From Balanoglossus misakiensis (taxonomy: Eukaryota; Animalia; Hemichordata): a stretch of 64,000 nt of DNA. The notes under the pieces were generated by a model. That model was given only the letters and a program-made list of their open reading frames with translations. It was not told the origin of the DNA and made no database searches. Made by a program: the position numbers and the translations under genes. Below are positions 24,866 through 36,989 of the stretch, one piece after another; position 1 is the stretch's first letter; each line of letters opens with the position of its first letter. The stretch spans positions 4,702,783 to 4,766,782 of the forward strand of contig CM082580.2 of the NCBI GenBank assembly GCA_040954595.2, read 5' to 3'.

Positions 24866-26209
24866 TATGATGCGTGTGTGTGTGTGTATGATCAATGTAC
24901 ATTTGCTGTGTACACGACAGCCCGACTGCGTAAGAATGTTTGACGTTAGGGGCTGGTCAGTTTCAACCCACTGACATGAACAATGGGGAGGGGGCGTGTA
25001 AGCGAGTTTTTGCTTGTGAGCGAGTTATTGCTGACACTCTTGGTGACATGGTGTTTTTTCCAAAGTAAACTACTCAACCAATAAGAAAGCAGATAACTCA
25101 AAACTTCTGGGATTGGCTTCAGAAAGTGTGAGATTTAAAAAAATATTTTCTATGGCTCGATTGAGGTTTGGGTGTAGAGAGGCAGTGTGTGGAGCATAAC
25201 GAAAAAAAACTACCAGTCTGGATACTAGACTAACTTGAATGAGAATGTTTGCATTTCTACACTGGACACTGGACTGCAGAATGAAATATTTGATTGAAAA
25301 GTCTGCAAAACACAAACATGTCTTCCACAATGAATTTATCGTCTTTATGAAATAAGTGGTTATACAAAATGAAAGTGCAGCTCTATCATTGATTTGGAGT
25401 TGTCATTTTGAAATCCATCCAAACTACGTTTAACGAAATACAAAGTTGTGTCATCTATCTTGCTGAGTAATTTCATTTAAGTACAAACTTATAAATTATC
25501 AAGCAAATTTTGTCGATATTTACTGAAAGCACCATGAAATCAAAGCTCTCTCTCTAAAAAAACAATAAATCTTATGAACGCTGTGCCAAGAAAACATATA
25601 TTTTACATTGATGTACATCTCTATCATCAATAATACTGTATACAAACAAATTCTCTAAAACGTATTTCTCCAGAATATACAGTGATGAATATGACATTTC
25701 ATAAATACTTAACCCGGTCTTCAATTGCAGAGTATTTCACACATTCAATATTAACACATGGCAGAAATATGAATGATTTAAATTAAAAATTCCATTTTCC
25801 TGAAAATATAGACTTGAGGTGCCTTCTATCTGAAGTATAACTCACTGGGAAAGGAAGACAAGTCAACTTATCGTGTCTGAAGTTAGACTAAACGGAAAAG
25901 AAATTTTTTCTCAGTGGTATTTACACAGTGCACTGGTAGTTTGACAAAGTGAAAGTGTTCAATTCTTCCCCTTTATAAATATAAATTACATCATATTCTT
26001 TATTTTAATTTTTTACATAAATTAGTTATTTTAGGAGTCTATATATTAAATACTTTTATTATATAAGACTTTTAATCAATTCTGATGAAAGTAAAGGCAG
26101 TTTAATGCAGCCAAAATATTTTTACTAACGCACAAAATTACTTGAAACAGCACAAATTGATATACTCTCTGAAATACAGCGATGAACAAATGAACGGACC
26201 AATGAAAAA

Positions 26210-26277
26210 TACTGATACATTTCTGAGAGTAATTTTGGCTCATACTGATACATTTCTGAGAGTAATTTTGGCTCATA
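26210..26277. repeat. Perfect 33-bp tandem duplication
   Basis: TACTGATACATTTCTGAGAGTAATTTTGGCTCA x2. Confidence 0.9.
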
Positions 26278-26889
26278 GCAAAATTAAAATTAAATGTCAC
26301 CACTGACATTTTTGAAATAAACATAAATAAATTACTTTCATCTCCAGCCAAATCAATTTTCACAGACATTGTCATATGCATAATAAATATTCAAATTCTG
26401 ATTTAAATTATCCGTCAAGCACATGAAGATACAACTTCAGACAGAATCTGTCTAAATTTTGTACAATAAAATGCTATTTCAATTTTTGTGTCATTACATT
26501 TATGTTCAATAGCAAACTCTTCTCAAAATGTTTTGCTACAGTTTGTCATTTCTGAAATAACTTTGTCTTTCCCCTCTATAACAGCTGCACATTTGATAAA
26601 TAAAGTCAAACCCTGAGGTCACATAAAGACAAATGTCAAAAAAAAGACTATTAAAAAAAGGACAATGTTTCACTTGCATTGAAAATTTTACATAGCACCC
26701 GCTGTTTCCTTAACATTAAAGGAAAGAAAGTTATTGCAGTGTGTTTAGGCACAAGTCATCTGACATACAGCATTGGGTTTGATTGGCTAGCAAGATATAT
26801 ATGTAAATTTTTTTCAGTGGCACATTCGGTAGAATATGTGTGTGCACTGCTTCATGATATCTTCATTTGATGGTAGTCTGTTATATTAG

Positions 26890-27232
26890 GGTAGTATGCA
26901 CATCGAAAACTCAAAGTCTTAAACTTTTTCTCATATATTTGCTCAAGGCCACTTCTTATAGATCATTGTCTTCTAAAATTTAGAACAAGAATAGGAGGTC
27001 ACCATGCGAAATTGAGAGAGCAGAAATGTCTCAAATTTGAAATTCAAAATGGCCACCATTCTCTGTAGGTCGACGGAGTAAAATTTAAAGTAGTGATTTT
27101 GTTATGAAAACAAGATGGAGGACATCTCCTTTTATTTCAAAAAGACTCCTCACACTCTTTATATACCAAAGAAATGTAAGGTTTGGAGGACTATCATTTT
27201 TCTGAAAATCTGTCTTCGGGACACATACTACC
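26890..27232. mobile_element. Kolobok-like MITE in the TBC1D7 3' UTR
   Basis: TTAG|GGTAGTATGCACATCGAAA...TTCGGGACACATACTACC|TTAA; related terminal fragment at ~57515-57540. Confidence 0.6.
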
Positions 27233-27295
27233 TTAACTTGTGCCAATATCATGGCCACCATTTGCTAGACTCGAACATGTATCTGCGTAGGCATG

Positions 27296-30177
27296 CTAGA
27301 CGTCAGGCTTCAAATAACCACCATGTTTCTCCCACAATTCAATGGCCTTGGTGATAATCAGATCAGCATTGTCTTGCGGTATCTATGGAAATCATCACAT
27401 TATCACGATGAATATTGTTATTATTTGTAACCTAGAGGATAAAAATTGACATGTTTTCCCCAATTTATAAATCCCAGTAAGCTCAAGTCAACAAGTGATT
27501 GATTCACATGTTTCATTCTTTGCCGAGTCTAAATTTGGTTTCATCCTATTGTGTTTCAGTGAGACCGGGCATTTCTACTGCGGAATGGGGTGGATGGGAT
27601 GAAGTCCAACCTTACCACGGAAAACAATGGATTCGGACCGAACCTTGGTGGTAAAAGACTAAATACTCCAGACTAAATACCTTATTTTACCAATCAAGTC
27701 TCTTGACAAATCACGACTGACCCTTGTCGATTGTTAAGGACAGAAAACTCATCCAGCAAATCGATCTTACCTTTTCTAGAAACTTGATGACGTGTTCAGG
27801 TGACTTCATATTCATCAATGGTCTTTGAAACGAAATCACAATTGACACAGCTGTAAATATGAGGACTGCACAGGCTCCACCGATGACCTTATCCCACAAC
27901 CTTAAAAAAGAAATACAAACATTCACGTAAAAAATCAATACTTTAATAAAATATGACAATTATCAATGAAAATTGGCAGAACATTTTGATTTGATGTAAT
28001 GTTTGTACACACGAAATTACACACATGCACATAAGACGTTTGTCAACTCTTTGAATGAAAGTCTTACCTTTCCAGACAAGCCACTGGAAACACTGAGGCA
28101 AAACATTGCTGAAACCACAAGTGATATGGCAGTCTGGATATCAAATCATGCTCCAGTAGATAATTGTAAAGTTTGTCGTCTTCTTTCTTCAAGTAAAATT
28201 CAAACCTCTCATTCTGAAAGAGGTCAACATGCGACATGAATTAGCCCCTCTTATGTAATGGCTCAAAATCGTTTGTTACTAATACTACTGCAGTTCAATT
28301 TATGAATGGAAATATCTGTGTGATAGAGGGCGCCCTCTGTCAGCACCATGTCAAGGCTTGTGTGCGATAAATTGACAGACGTCTGATTATAATCCGAATG
28401 TTTGCTGTTTTATACTCTAAAACTGCAAACAGGAAAACACATAATATTTTTTAGTTTGGCAAAAGTATTAAATATTATTATACACAATCCTTTCCCATCA
28501 TACAAAGATTGTTTTAACACATAAATAGCTCTACAAGGCACCAAGGGTACAGTAAGGCAGAAAACCTTTGTTGATCATTTGGCTGTTCTGTTCTCTCTGG
28601 CATATGCACCTCTCTAGTGTGGCATCCATCCATTCCAACAGTTCAGCTAAGGATCAGCAAAGGTAAAGTTTGCTCAATCCTTTGCTGATCCTTAGCTGAA
28701 CTGTGAAAATGAAACTTTGAACATTTAGACAAATACCAATAGAGTACTTACAAGTTTGTTAACAATCTCTTTGTTTTTCTCCATTTGTTTGAAAAACATG
28801 ACGCTTAACCAGTAGGCTTCTATTTCATCTTCTATTATTTCAATCATGGAGTTGGCTATTGCATCAAATGAATTAAATTCTGGTTGTGAAAACTGAAAAT
28901 GAGAAAAAGACGTTTTTTTCTATTCAGTGTATACCAAATGCACATGATAGATATACCGGTACATGGAGGATTATGAACAATTCCATTCGAGGGGTGGAAC
29001 AGCTATGTTCCATCTAGCCATCTATCCAATATGGCTTGTTGCTGATGTATACCCCTTGGCTGTTAGTGTTACCCCTTCGCTGCCATGGTTTGGTCCAAAT
29101 CCATCATTTTGTATGTTAAAGATGGACTGCTATAGAAAGAAACAGGGGGAATGGGTTTAAGACGGACACTGAAAACATTCTAACATTGTTGATAAACGGA
29201 AAATTCCTTACATCTTCGGTTTCTTCCAGTGGCAATTTCCCATCTCCCAGCTGACACATCATCCGGTAGCTTTCCGGTAGTTCCGTTTCATCTTGGATTT
29301 TCCTCATGACTGTCAGGGCATGGTGTAAGTCCTTATACTGTTCTTGTCTCTGTCTCAGCACAAACTTATGGCTGCTGTGGTGAATGGGTAACACGCCTGC
29401 AAAACAAACAGCAGAGAGTGGGTCAAAAGATTACCGGTATACATTTACACCGGAACCAAATCAAACGAAGTTATCATGCATATTAGAATTTTATTTGCTG
29501 TTTGGTATAACTTATCTGTGCCTTGAGTCCTTTCCCTCTGGTTTCAAAACAGGTAGTTCTTCAGTTTCATTGTTTATGGTTTTATGTGATTCTATCCAGA
29601 AGTATCATCCTAATTTTCACTTATGTTGTACAACAATGAATCGATAACCCTTTCACCGCCATGGTTCAGTCCAAACCCATTGTTTTCTATGGTACAGTTT
29701 GACCTCTATGAGGTCGAACAACAAAACCTAATTATTCTATTCCATCTCTTATGAAGTGTAAAACAAATGACTCACTTACCTAAAACTATTTTCCACACAA
29801 ATGGTCTGTAAATTGCCGGCACAGGAAAACGATGACAAAATGTTGTCAGTTTATCATTATCTGCAATGAAAATTCAGTCGTACTATAGGTGCAAGATACA
29901 TACATTTATAAAAGCTTTTCTTGTTTTCACTACGAGACCATCAAAATCTTGCACTGACATAGCTGCAAAAATTGTAGCCTTGATGGGCTGTTTGAGAGGC
30001 TGGATCAGACGGCTTACGCGATATTTTGTGCGGCGTGTGTGCGACTGAGGCCCAACATTATAGCCAAGGCTACCATTATTGCAGCTGTGACATCTCTAAA
30101 CTTGATAATTGTCAGAAAATACTTTACAAGCGCATATGCATGTTTATCACCAATGCTGTCACAGATCATCATCAATG

Positions 30178-30226
<49 letters not shown>

Positions 30227-30228
30227 CT

Positions 30229-30271
<43 letters not shown>

Positions 30272-30619
30272 CATTTCACTATGCAGTACATTGCTGCGGT
30301 TCCCTAGCCCTACCAGCGCAGCCACTTCCTCGCCAGACTGACGTCTTTGCGGCTACGGAACCGCAGCATTACAGTGCAGTGCACAGGCGTCGTAATCACA
30401 CTCGTGACAGCTGTTGCCGCCTGATTCAACGCGACCACAACAGTGTGATCCCGACGCCTGCGGTGCTGTGCAATGCATGCATAAAAATGTCAGACACGAT
30501 TACATACCAAGGGGGTCCTCTTTCAAAAGTATTTCCAGCGACTTCTTTTCTTCAACACCCTTGAAACCGACCTTTTCATAGTAGTGTGAGCGAAAGTTTC
30601 TCTCATCAATATGCGCCAT
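27296..30619 (-). CDS. TBC1D7: TBC1 domain family member 7 (TSC complex subunit)
   Basis: Exons 30619-30508, 29860-29780, 29396-29212, 28892-28752, 28213-28068, 27900-27771, 27382-27296. [29 protein letters not shown]...[23 protein letters not shown]...[10 protein letters not shown]...[12 protein letters not shown]...[11 protein letters not shown]...[20 protein letters not shown] matches human TBC1D7 over its whole length. Confidence 0.97.
28638..28704. repeat. Perfect 26-bp inverted repeat with 15-nt loop in TBC1D7 intron 4
   Basis: ACAGTTCAGCTAAGGATCAGCAAAGG / CCTTTGCTGATCCTTAGCTGAACTGT. Confidence 0.9.
30165..30272. repeat. (CAT)n microsatellite
   Basis: About 30 CAT units in TBC1D7 intron 1. 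Confidence 0.95.
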
Positions 30620-31006
30620 TTCAATGAGCACCGACAGTCAGTGGACATGATTCACACTCAACCCCGCCATGTTCCTTTTGATTTTTGTCAGGTGACTCAT
30701 AGGGCAGAGGTCAAACTCGGTTCGTAGATATTTAAACGCCCACCAGGTAAATATGCATGTAGCTATGGTATCAAACACAATATATATGTTTTCTTTCGAC
30801 CAAACTCATATATTTGATGGATTTTTTTGTGATTGTTTTGCCAAATATCGTAACTTTCATGCTATGGAACATATCGTCATCGAGTTGCGTCACTCATATT
30901 GTGAGGTCAAAGGTCATTTGACGGGCTGCCAGGACACAGGACGTGGGCGATCACACGAGTGCGTGTGTTGTCGCATGATCGGGTGTTGTTCGCCGAACGC
31001 CTCAGT

Positions 31007-34000
31007 TTTTAGGGGACCAAGCGCCCTCAGGCGCTTGGTCCCCTTCTGTTATTGCTGGAGTTTTTAGGGCACAAGCCAAGCAGGCTTGTGCCCTATTGGT
31101 ATTACTGGGGTTTTTCATCTTTTTTAGGGCACAAGCCAATCAGGCTTGTGCCCTATTGGTATTACTGGGGTTTTTCATCCTCTTCTTTTTCTTGTGTAGT
31201 TTTTTTGCCCAATAGGATCTTGAAAACGGCTGAACCTACAAATCTCAAACTTGGCACAGTGATGCAGGCCTATGAGAGCTGGTGCAGTACCCTCGTGAAT
31301 GTTTAATAAGTCATGTGATCTGATGACCATATATGGGCAAAGTTTTCAAATGGGCCTAATTTGCATATGAATGGAGATATCGAAATTCTTTTAGCAACTT
31401 TTGTTGACCATGTCATCAGTGTCCTACATGCCAAATGTCAAGGCCGTGGGCCAAGTCTATTTTGAGAAGAAGATTATTAAATATTATTTGTCATATTTGT
31501 GGACCCAGCCATAGGCCTATACTTTCTATAGTTAAGCTATGACGCTATGTCCACGTCTGTGCAATTGTCCTGTACAGTGACAGTCTAGTGGCCCGTGAGC
31601 TGAATGGGACCAAAATAAAAGACAAAATTTTGGGCTCACCTGTAACACCTGCTTAACTCATTAATTATGTGCATACCTAATTCCGGGCTAACTATTAGGG
31701 CTAGAGGTTTTGTTCTTGTGGGACATGGACCAGTATGGGATCAAAAATTTTTGCCCAAATTTTGGGTGACCTCAGGTGACCTTTGACCTACTTTCCTATA
31801 TCTCGGCATCCACAGCAGGTACAGACTTGGCGTTTGGAGGGTTGTGACTAAAATTGAAAAGACAAAATTGGGGGTCACCTGTGACACCTGCTTATCTCAT
31901 TAATTATGTGCATACCTAATTCCAGGCTAGCCAATAGGGCTAGAGGTTTGATTTTTGTTGAACATGGACCAGTATGGGGTTAAAATTTCTTGCCCAATTT
32001 TGGGTGACCTCAGGTGACCTTTGACCTACTTTACCATATCTCGGCAACCCACGCAGATACAGCCTTGGCATTTGGAGGCATGGAACTCCTAATGGAGCCT
32101 TATACTTTACGTCATTAATTATGTGCATATCTAATTCTAGGCGAACCAATAGGGCTAGAGGTCTGGTTTTTGTTGGACCTGGACTAGTATGGGGTCAAAA
32201 TTTTTTGCCCAAATTTTGGGTGACCACATATGACCTTTGACCTTCGGCTTAAGCTTGTGCCCGTCATCGCTGCTTGCAGCTATATTTTTTTTTTTTTTTT
32301 TCTTGTGTAGTTTTTTTTGCTCAGGTAGATCTTGAAAATGGCTGAACCTACAAATCTCAAACTTGGCACAATGGTGCAGGCCTATGAGAGCTGGTGCAGT
32401 ATCCCTGTGAATGTTTAATTAGTCATGTGACCTGATGACCATATATGGGCAAAGTTTTCAAATGGGCCTAATTTGCATATGAATGGAGATATCAAAATTC
32501 TTTTAGCGATTTTTGCAGACCATGTGGTCAGTGTCCTACATGCCAAATGTCAAGGCCGTGGGCCAAGTCTATTTTGAGAAGAAGATTTTTTATTTTTCAT
32601 ATTTTTGGACCCAGCCATGGGCCTATACTTTCTATAGTTAAGCTATGACGCTATGTCCACGTCTGTGCAATGGTCCTGTACAGTGACTCTCTATTGGCCC
32701 GTGAGCAGAATGGGACCACAATAAAAGGCAAAATTTTAGGCTCACCTGTAACACCTGCTTAACTCATTAATTATGTGCATACCTAATTCCGGGCTAACTA
32801 TTAGGGCTAGAGGTTTTGTTCTTGTGGGACATGGACCAGTATGGGATCAAAAATTTTTGCTTAAATTTTGGGTGACCTCAGGTGACCTTTGACCTACTTT
32901 CCTATATCTCGGCATCCACAGCAGGTACAGACTTGGCGTTTGGAGGGTTGTGACTAAAATTGAAAAGACAAAATTGGGGGTCACCTGTGACACCTGCTTA
33001 TCTCATTAATTATGTGCATACCTAATTCCAGGCTAGCCAATAGGGCTAGAGGTTTGATTTTTGTTGAACATGGACCAGTATGGGGTTAAAATTTCTTGCC
33101 CTATTTAGGGTGACCACATGTGACCTTTGACCTACTTTACCGTATCTCGGCAACCCATGCAGATACAGCCTTGGCATTTGGAGGCATGGAACTCCTAATG
33201 GAGCCTTATACTTTACCTCATTAATTATGTGCATATCTAATTCTAGGCGAACCAATAGGGCTAGAGGTCTGGTTTTTGTTGGACCTGGACTAGTATGGGG
33301 TCAAAATTTTTTGCCCAAATTTTGGGTGACCACATATGACCTTTGACCTTCGGCTTAAGCTTGTGCCCGTCATCGCTGCTTGCAGCTATATTCTTTTTTT
33401 TTTTTTTCTTGTGTAGTTTTTTTGCTCAGGTAGATCGTGAAAACGGCTGAACCTACAAATCTCAAACTTGGCACAATGGTGCAGGCCTATGAGAGCTGGT
33501 GCAGTATCCCTGTGAATGTTTAATTAGTCATGTGACCTGATGACCATATATGGGCAAAGTTTTCAAATGGGCCTAATTTGCATATGAATGGAGATATCAA
33601 AATTCTTTTAGCGATTTTTGCAGACCATGTGGTCAGTGTCCTACATGCCAAATGTCAAGGCCGTGGGCCAAGTCTATTTTGAGAAGAAGATTTTTTTATT
33701 TTTCATATTTTTGGACCCAGCCATGGGCCTATACTTTCTATAGTTAAGCTATGACGCTATGTCCACGTCTGTGCAATGGTCCTGTACAGTGACTCTCTAT
33801 TGGCCCGTGAGCAGAATGGGACCACAATAAAAGGCAAAATTTTAGGCTCACCTGTAACACCTGCTTAACTCATTAATTATGTGCATACCTAATTCCAGGC
33901 TAACTAATACAGCTAGAGGTTTTGTTCTTGTGGGACATGGACCAGTATGGGATCAAAAATTTTTGCCCAAATTTTGGGTGACCTCAGGTGACCTTTGACC

Positions 34001-36695
34001 TACTTTCCTATATCTTGGCATCCACAGCAGGTACAGACTTGGCGTATGGAGGGTTGTGACTAAAATTGAAAAGACAAAATTGGGGGTCACCTGTGACACC
34101 TGCTTATCTCATTAATTATGTGCATACCTAATTCCAGGCTAGCCAATAGGGCTAGAGGTTTGATTTTTGTTGAACATGGACCAGTATGGGGTTAAAATTT
34201 CTTGCCCAATTTTGGGTGACCTCAGGTGACCTTTGACCTACTTTACCATATCTCGGCAACCCGCGCAGATACAGGCATTGCATTTGGAGGCATGGAACTC
34301 CTAATGGAGCCTTATACTTTACCTCATTAATTATGTGCATATCTAATTCTAGGCGAGCCAATAGGGCTAGAGGTCTGGTTTTTGTTGGACCTGGACTAGT
34401 ATGGGGTCAAAATTTTTTGCCCAACTTTCGGGTGGCCTCAGGTGACCTTTGACCTACTTTCCTATATCTCGGCATCCAGAACAGGTACAGCATTTGTGTT
34501 TGGATGGATCGAACTATTAATGGAGTCTTACACTTTACATCATTCATTATGCGCATATCTAATTTCAGACAAGCCAATAGGGCTAGATGTCTGGTTTCTG
34601 TTGGACCTGGACTAGTATTGGGATCAAAACTTTTTGCCCAAATTTTGGGCGACCACATATGACCTTTGACCTTCGGCTTAAGCTTGTGCCCGTCATCGCT
34701 GCTTGCAGCTATATTTCTTCTTTCTTCTTGAGTCGTTTTTTTGCTCTCGTTTTTCTCAAAATCGACGTGGCCTAGGACCTTGAAATTTGGCACGGTGATT
34801 GGGGCCCACGAGTACTGGTGCACCTGCCCTTTGAATTTGTAATTAGTCACGTGACTTGGTGGCTATAATCGAGCGAAATTTTCAAATTGACCTAATTTGC
34901 ACGTTAATGGGGGCATGTACATTCTTTTCGCGATTTTTGTAGACCATGTGGCCAAAATCCCCTGTGCCAAATTTCAAGGTCCTAGGCCACGTCGATTTTG
35001 AGAAGAAGATTTATGTAATATTTTTCGCATTTTTTGGTGGGCTGAGGACAGACACTGGGGCATCGGACTTTGACTGTCATTACGTAATGTTGTGGAGATC
35101 TCATTAGCAGGCTACTCACTTCTGGCGGGTTGCAGTAGTCCTTGGAAAATCGGCTGAAATACGTAAACTGTCCAGTGATTATTTTCCACGGAATGAATTT
35201 TGGGACAACACATTATCTGAGTTCAGGCTGTGTTAGGGCGTTTTATTGAATTGCACTGAGTTTGTTAGCTGTTGCCGTTCAAATGTTTCTATCCAGACCC
35301 TGCTACACTGGTTAACATTCAATGTAATGCGGCGGCGGACTTTGACCCTCAGTCGCTAATGTGGCCGAAATACATCAGCAGACCAGTGATTTTCTTGCAC
35401 GAAGGGAGTATGGTACCAGCAATAATCAGAGATCAGGCTTCGTTGCCGTTCAAAATTTCCTACTTCAGTCGTGATGTTGCAACTGGATGTTCAGTATGGG
35501 GGTCGGACCGCAGGTGGCCGTGGGGGTTATCATGTCGCCCGTAATGGCACGCAGCTTCATGCAGCTCTATGGGACCAAAATAATACGCCCGATTCGGGGG
35601 TCACCTGTGACATCTGCGTAACTCTGTTATGTGCATGCGTAATTGTGGAGTCAATGAAAGGGATGCTAGCATGGTATTTGTTGCACATGGATCGATTTGA
35701 AGTCCGATTTTCCTGTCAAGTTATGGGCGACCTTATGTGACATTTCACCTACTTTTGCTTAGTGAGCATCCACAGCAGATGCATGCAGCTTTGGCGTTGG
35801 GGGGTGGGGGGGGGCATATACGGATGGGACAATAATGATATACCAAAGGCGGGGTCCCCTGTTGCACCTGCCTAAGTCATTGATTTTGTACATTTAATTG
35901 GACACTAACCAACAGGGCAATAGGTGTAGTTTTTGTTCCACAGGGACGAATGTAAGTGTCACTTTGTTTTTGCCCAAATGTCTAAGTTGATTTGGATGAC
36001 CTCTGTCGTACAGTGCCATATCTCAGCCCGTTGTACAGGTGCAGCTTTGGTATTTGGAGGGATGAAACTATCATGAAATGTCAAATACAGGGGGATACCT
36101 GCGACACCTGCTTGATTCATGTATTACGTGCATACCTAATGGTAAGCAAAGTGAAAGGGCTGCAAATGTAGGATTTGTTGCACATGACATAAACAGGAAT
36201 GAACATTTTTTGTCAAATTTTTGGGTGACCTCAGGTGTCCATTGACCTGCTTTCCATATGTTAGCACGCACATCATATATAGCCAGGTGTTTGGAGGGGT
36301 AGGGTAGGACCCTCTGCGTCATGAAATGCTAAATTCCTGGGGCCACCTGTAACTTACTCGCGTAACTCATTGTTATGGCCATATCTAATTTGACAAACCC
36401 AAACAGCGAGGATTTTCCGTTGTCTTGAATATGAACCAAATAAGAATCCTAATTTTTGAATACCCTCAGCTGACCTTTAAAGTATACTTACTGAAGTACT
36501 TACAACGTAGAAGTTCACCTTTGGTTGTTGTGTTTGTACTTGTAAGACATCCATTTCGGGTGGTTGCCTACTTCTCCATATCTCTACATCCAGAGCAAAT
36601 ACAGCCTACGCAATTGAATGGTACAACCCTGAATGGAGTCTTATGGTTATTAACTCTATGCTTGGGCCCCTTCAATGCTGCTTGCAGCTTTAATT
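31007..36695 (+). mobile_element. Outer non-autonomous Helentron-type element (HINE/DINE-1-like), interrupted by a nested array
   Basis: The 5' palindromic subterminal repeat AGGGGACCAAGCGCC-CTCA-GGCGCTTGGTCCCCT (31011-31044) follows a T-run. The 3' matching subTIR GCTTGGGCCCCT plus hairpin GCTGCTTGCAGC and TT lies at 36660-36695. The body resumes at ~34717 with degenerate ~215-bp subrepeats. No coding capacity. Confidence 0.75.
31061..34716 (+). repeat. Nested tandem array of a second HINE family: two 5' heads and three body+3' units (1106-bp period; last unit 217 bp longer)
   Basis: Heads TAGGGCACAAGCC-n5-GGCTTGTGCCCTA at 31065 and 31125; tails GCTTGTGCCCGTCATCGCTGCTTGCAGCTATATT at 32253, 33359 and 34682. 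Units are near-identical and contain internal ~217-bp subrepeats. Confidence 0.9.
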
Positions 36696-36989
36696 GATAC
36701 GGCGATTGAGTAGCCTGGTTGACCCGTTTAACACTGACCGACACATAGTTCCATACTTTTATTTCATCAGGCGACTGCTACATAACTTCATTCCGGAATT
36801 TACTGCGCTCGACTCCCACTCCCAGTTCTTGTGTGAGGGTGTCATCGCTGAAAATGGTGTGATCAGGGCCAGTTCGAGTGGATGAAAGTTCACATTACCG
36901 CCTGGTGGTATTTATTCGAACTGCCAACGCGCGACTATACCTAGCTTCAGCCGTGCCAGAGGGATCATCTGTCCTGTAAAGCGACGACG

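Noticed and set aside
30039-30564. Poly-His / poly-Ile ORFs
   Set aside because: Translation of a (CAT)n microsatellite in TBC1D7 intron 1.
31011-34716. CRISPR-like or coding interpretation of the array (three 69-aa ORFs at 31940, 33046, 34152 and a 147-aa ORF)
   Set aside because: There are no unique spacers or cas genes, and the context is eukaryotic. The ORFs are chance frames replicated with the repeat unit and show no protein motif.
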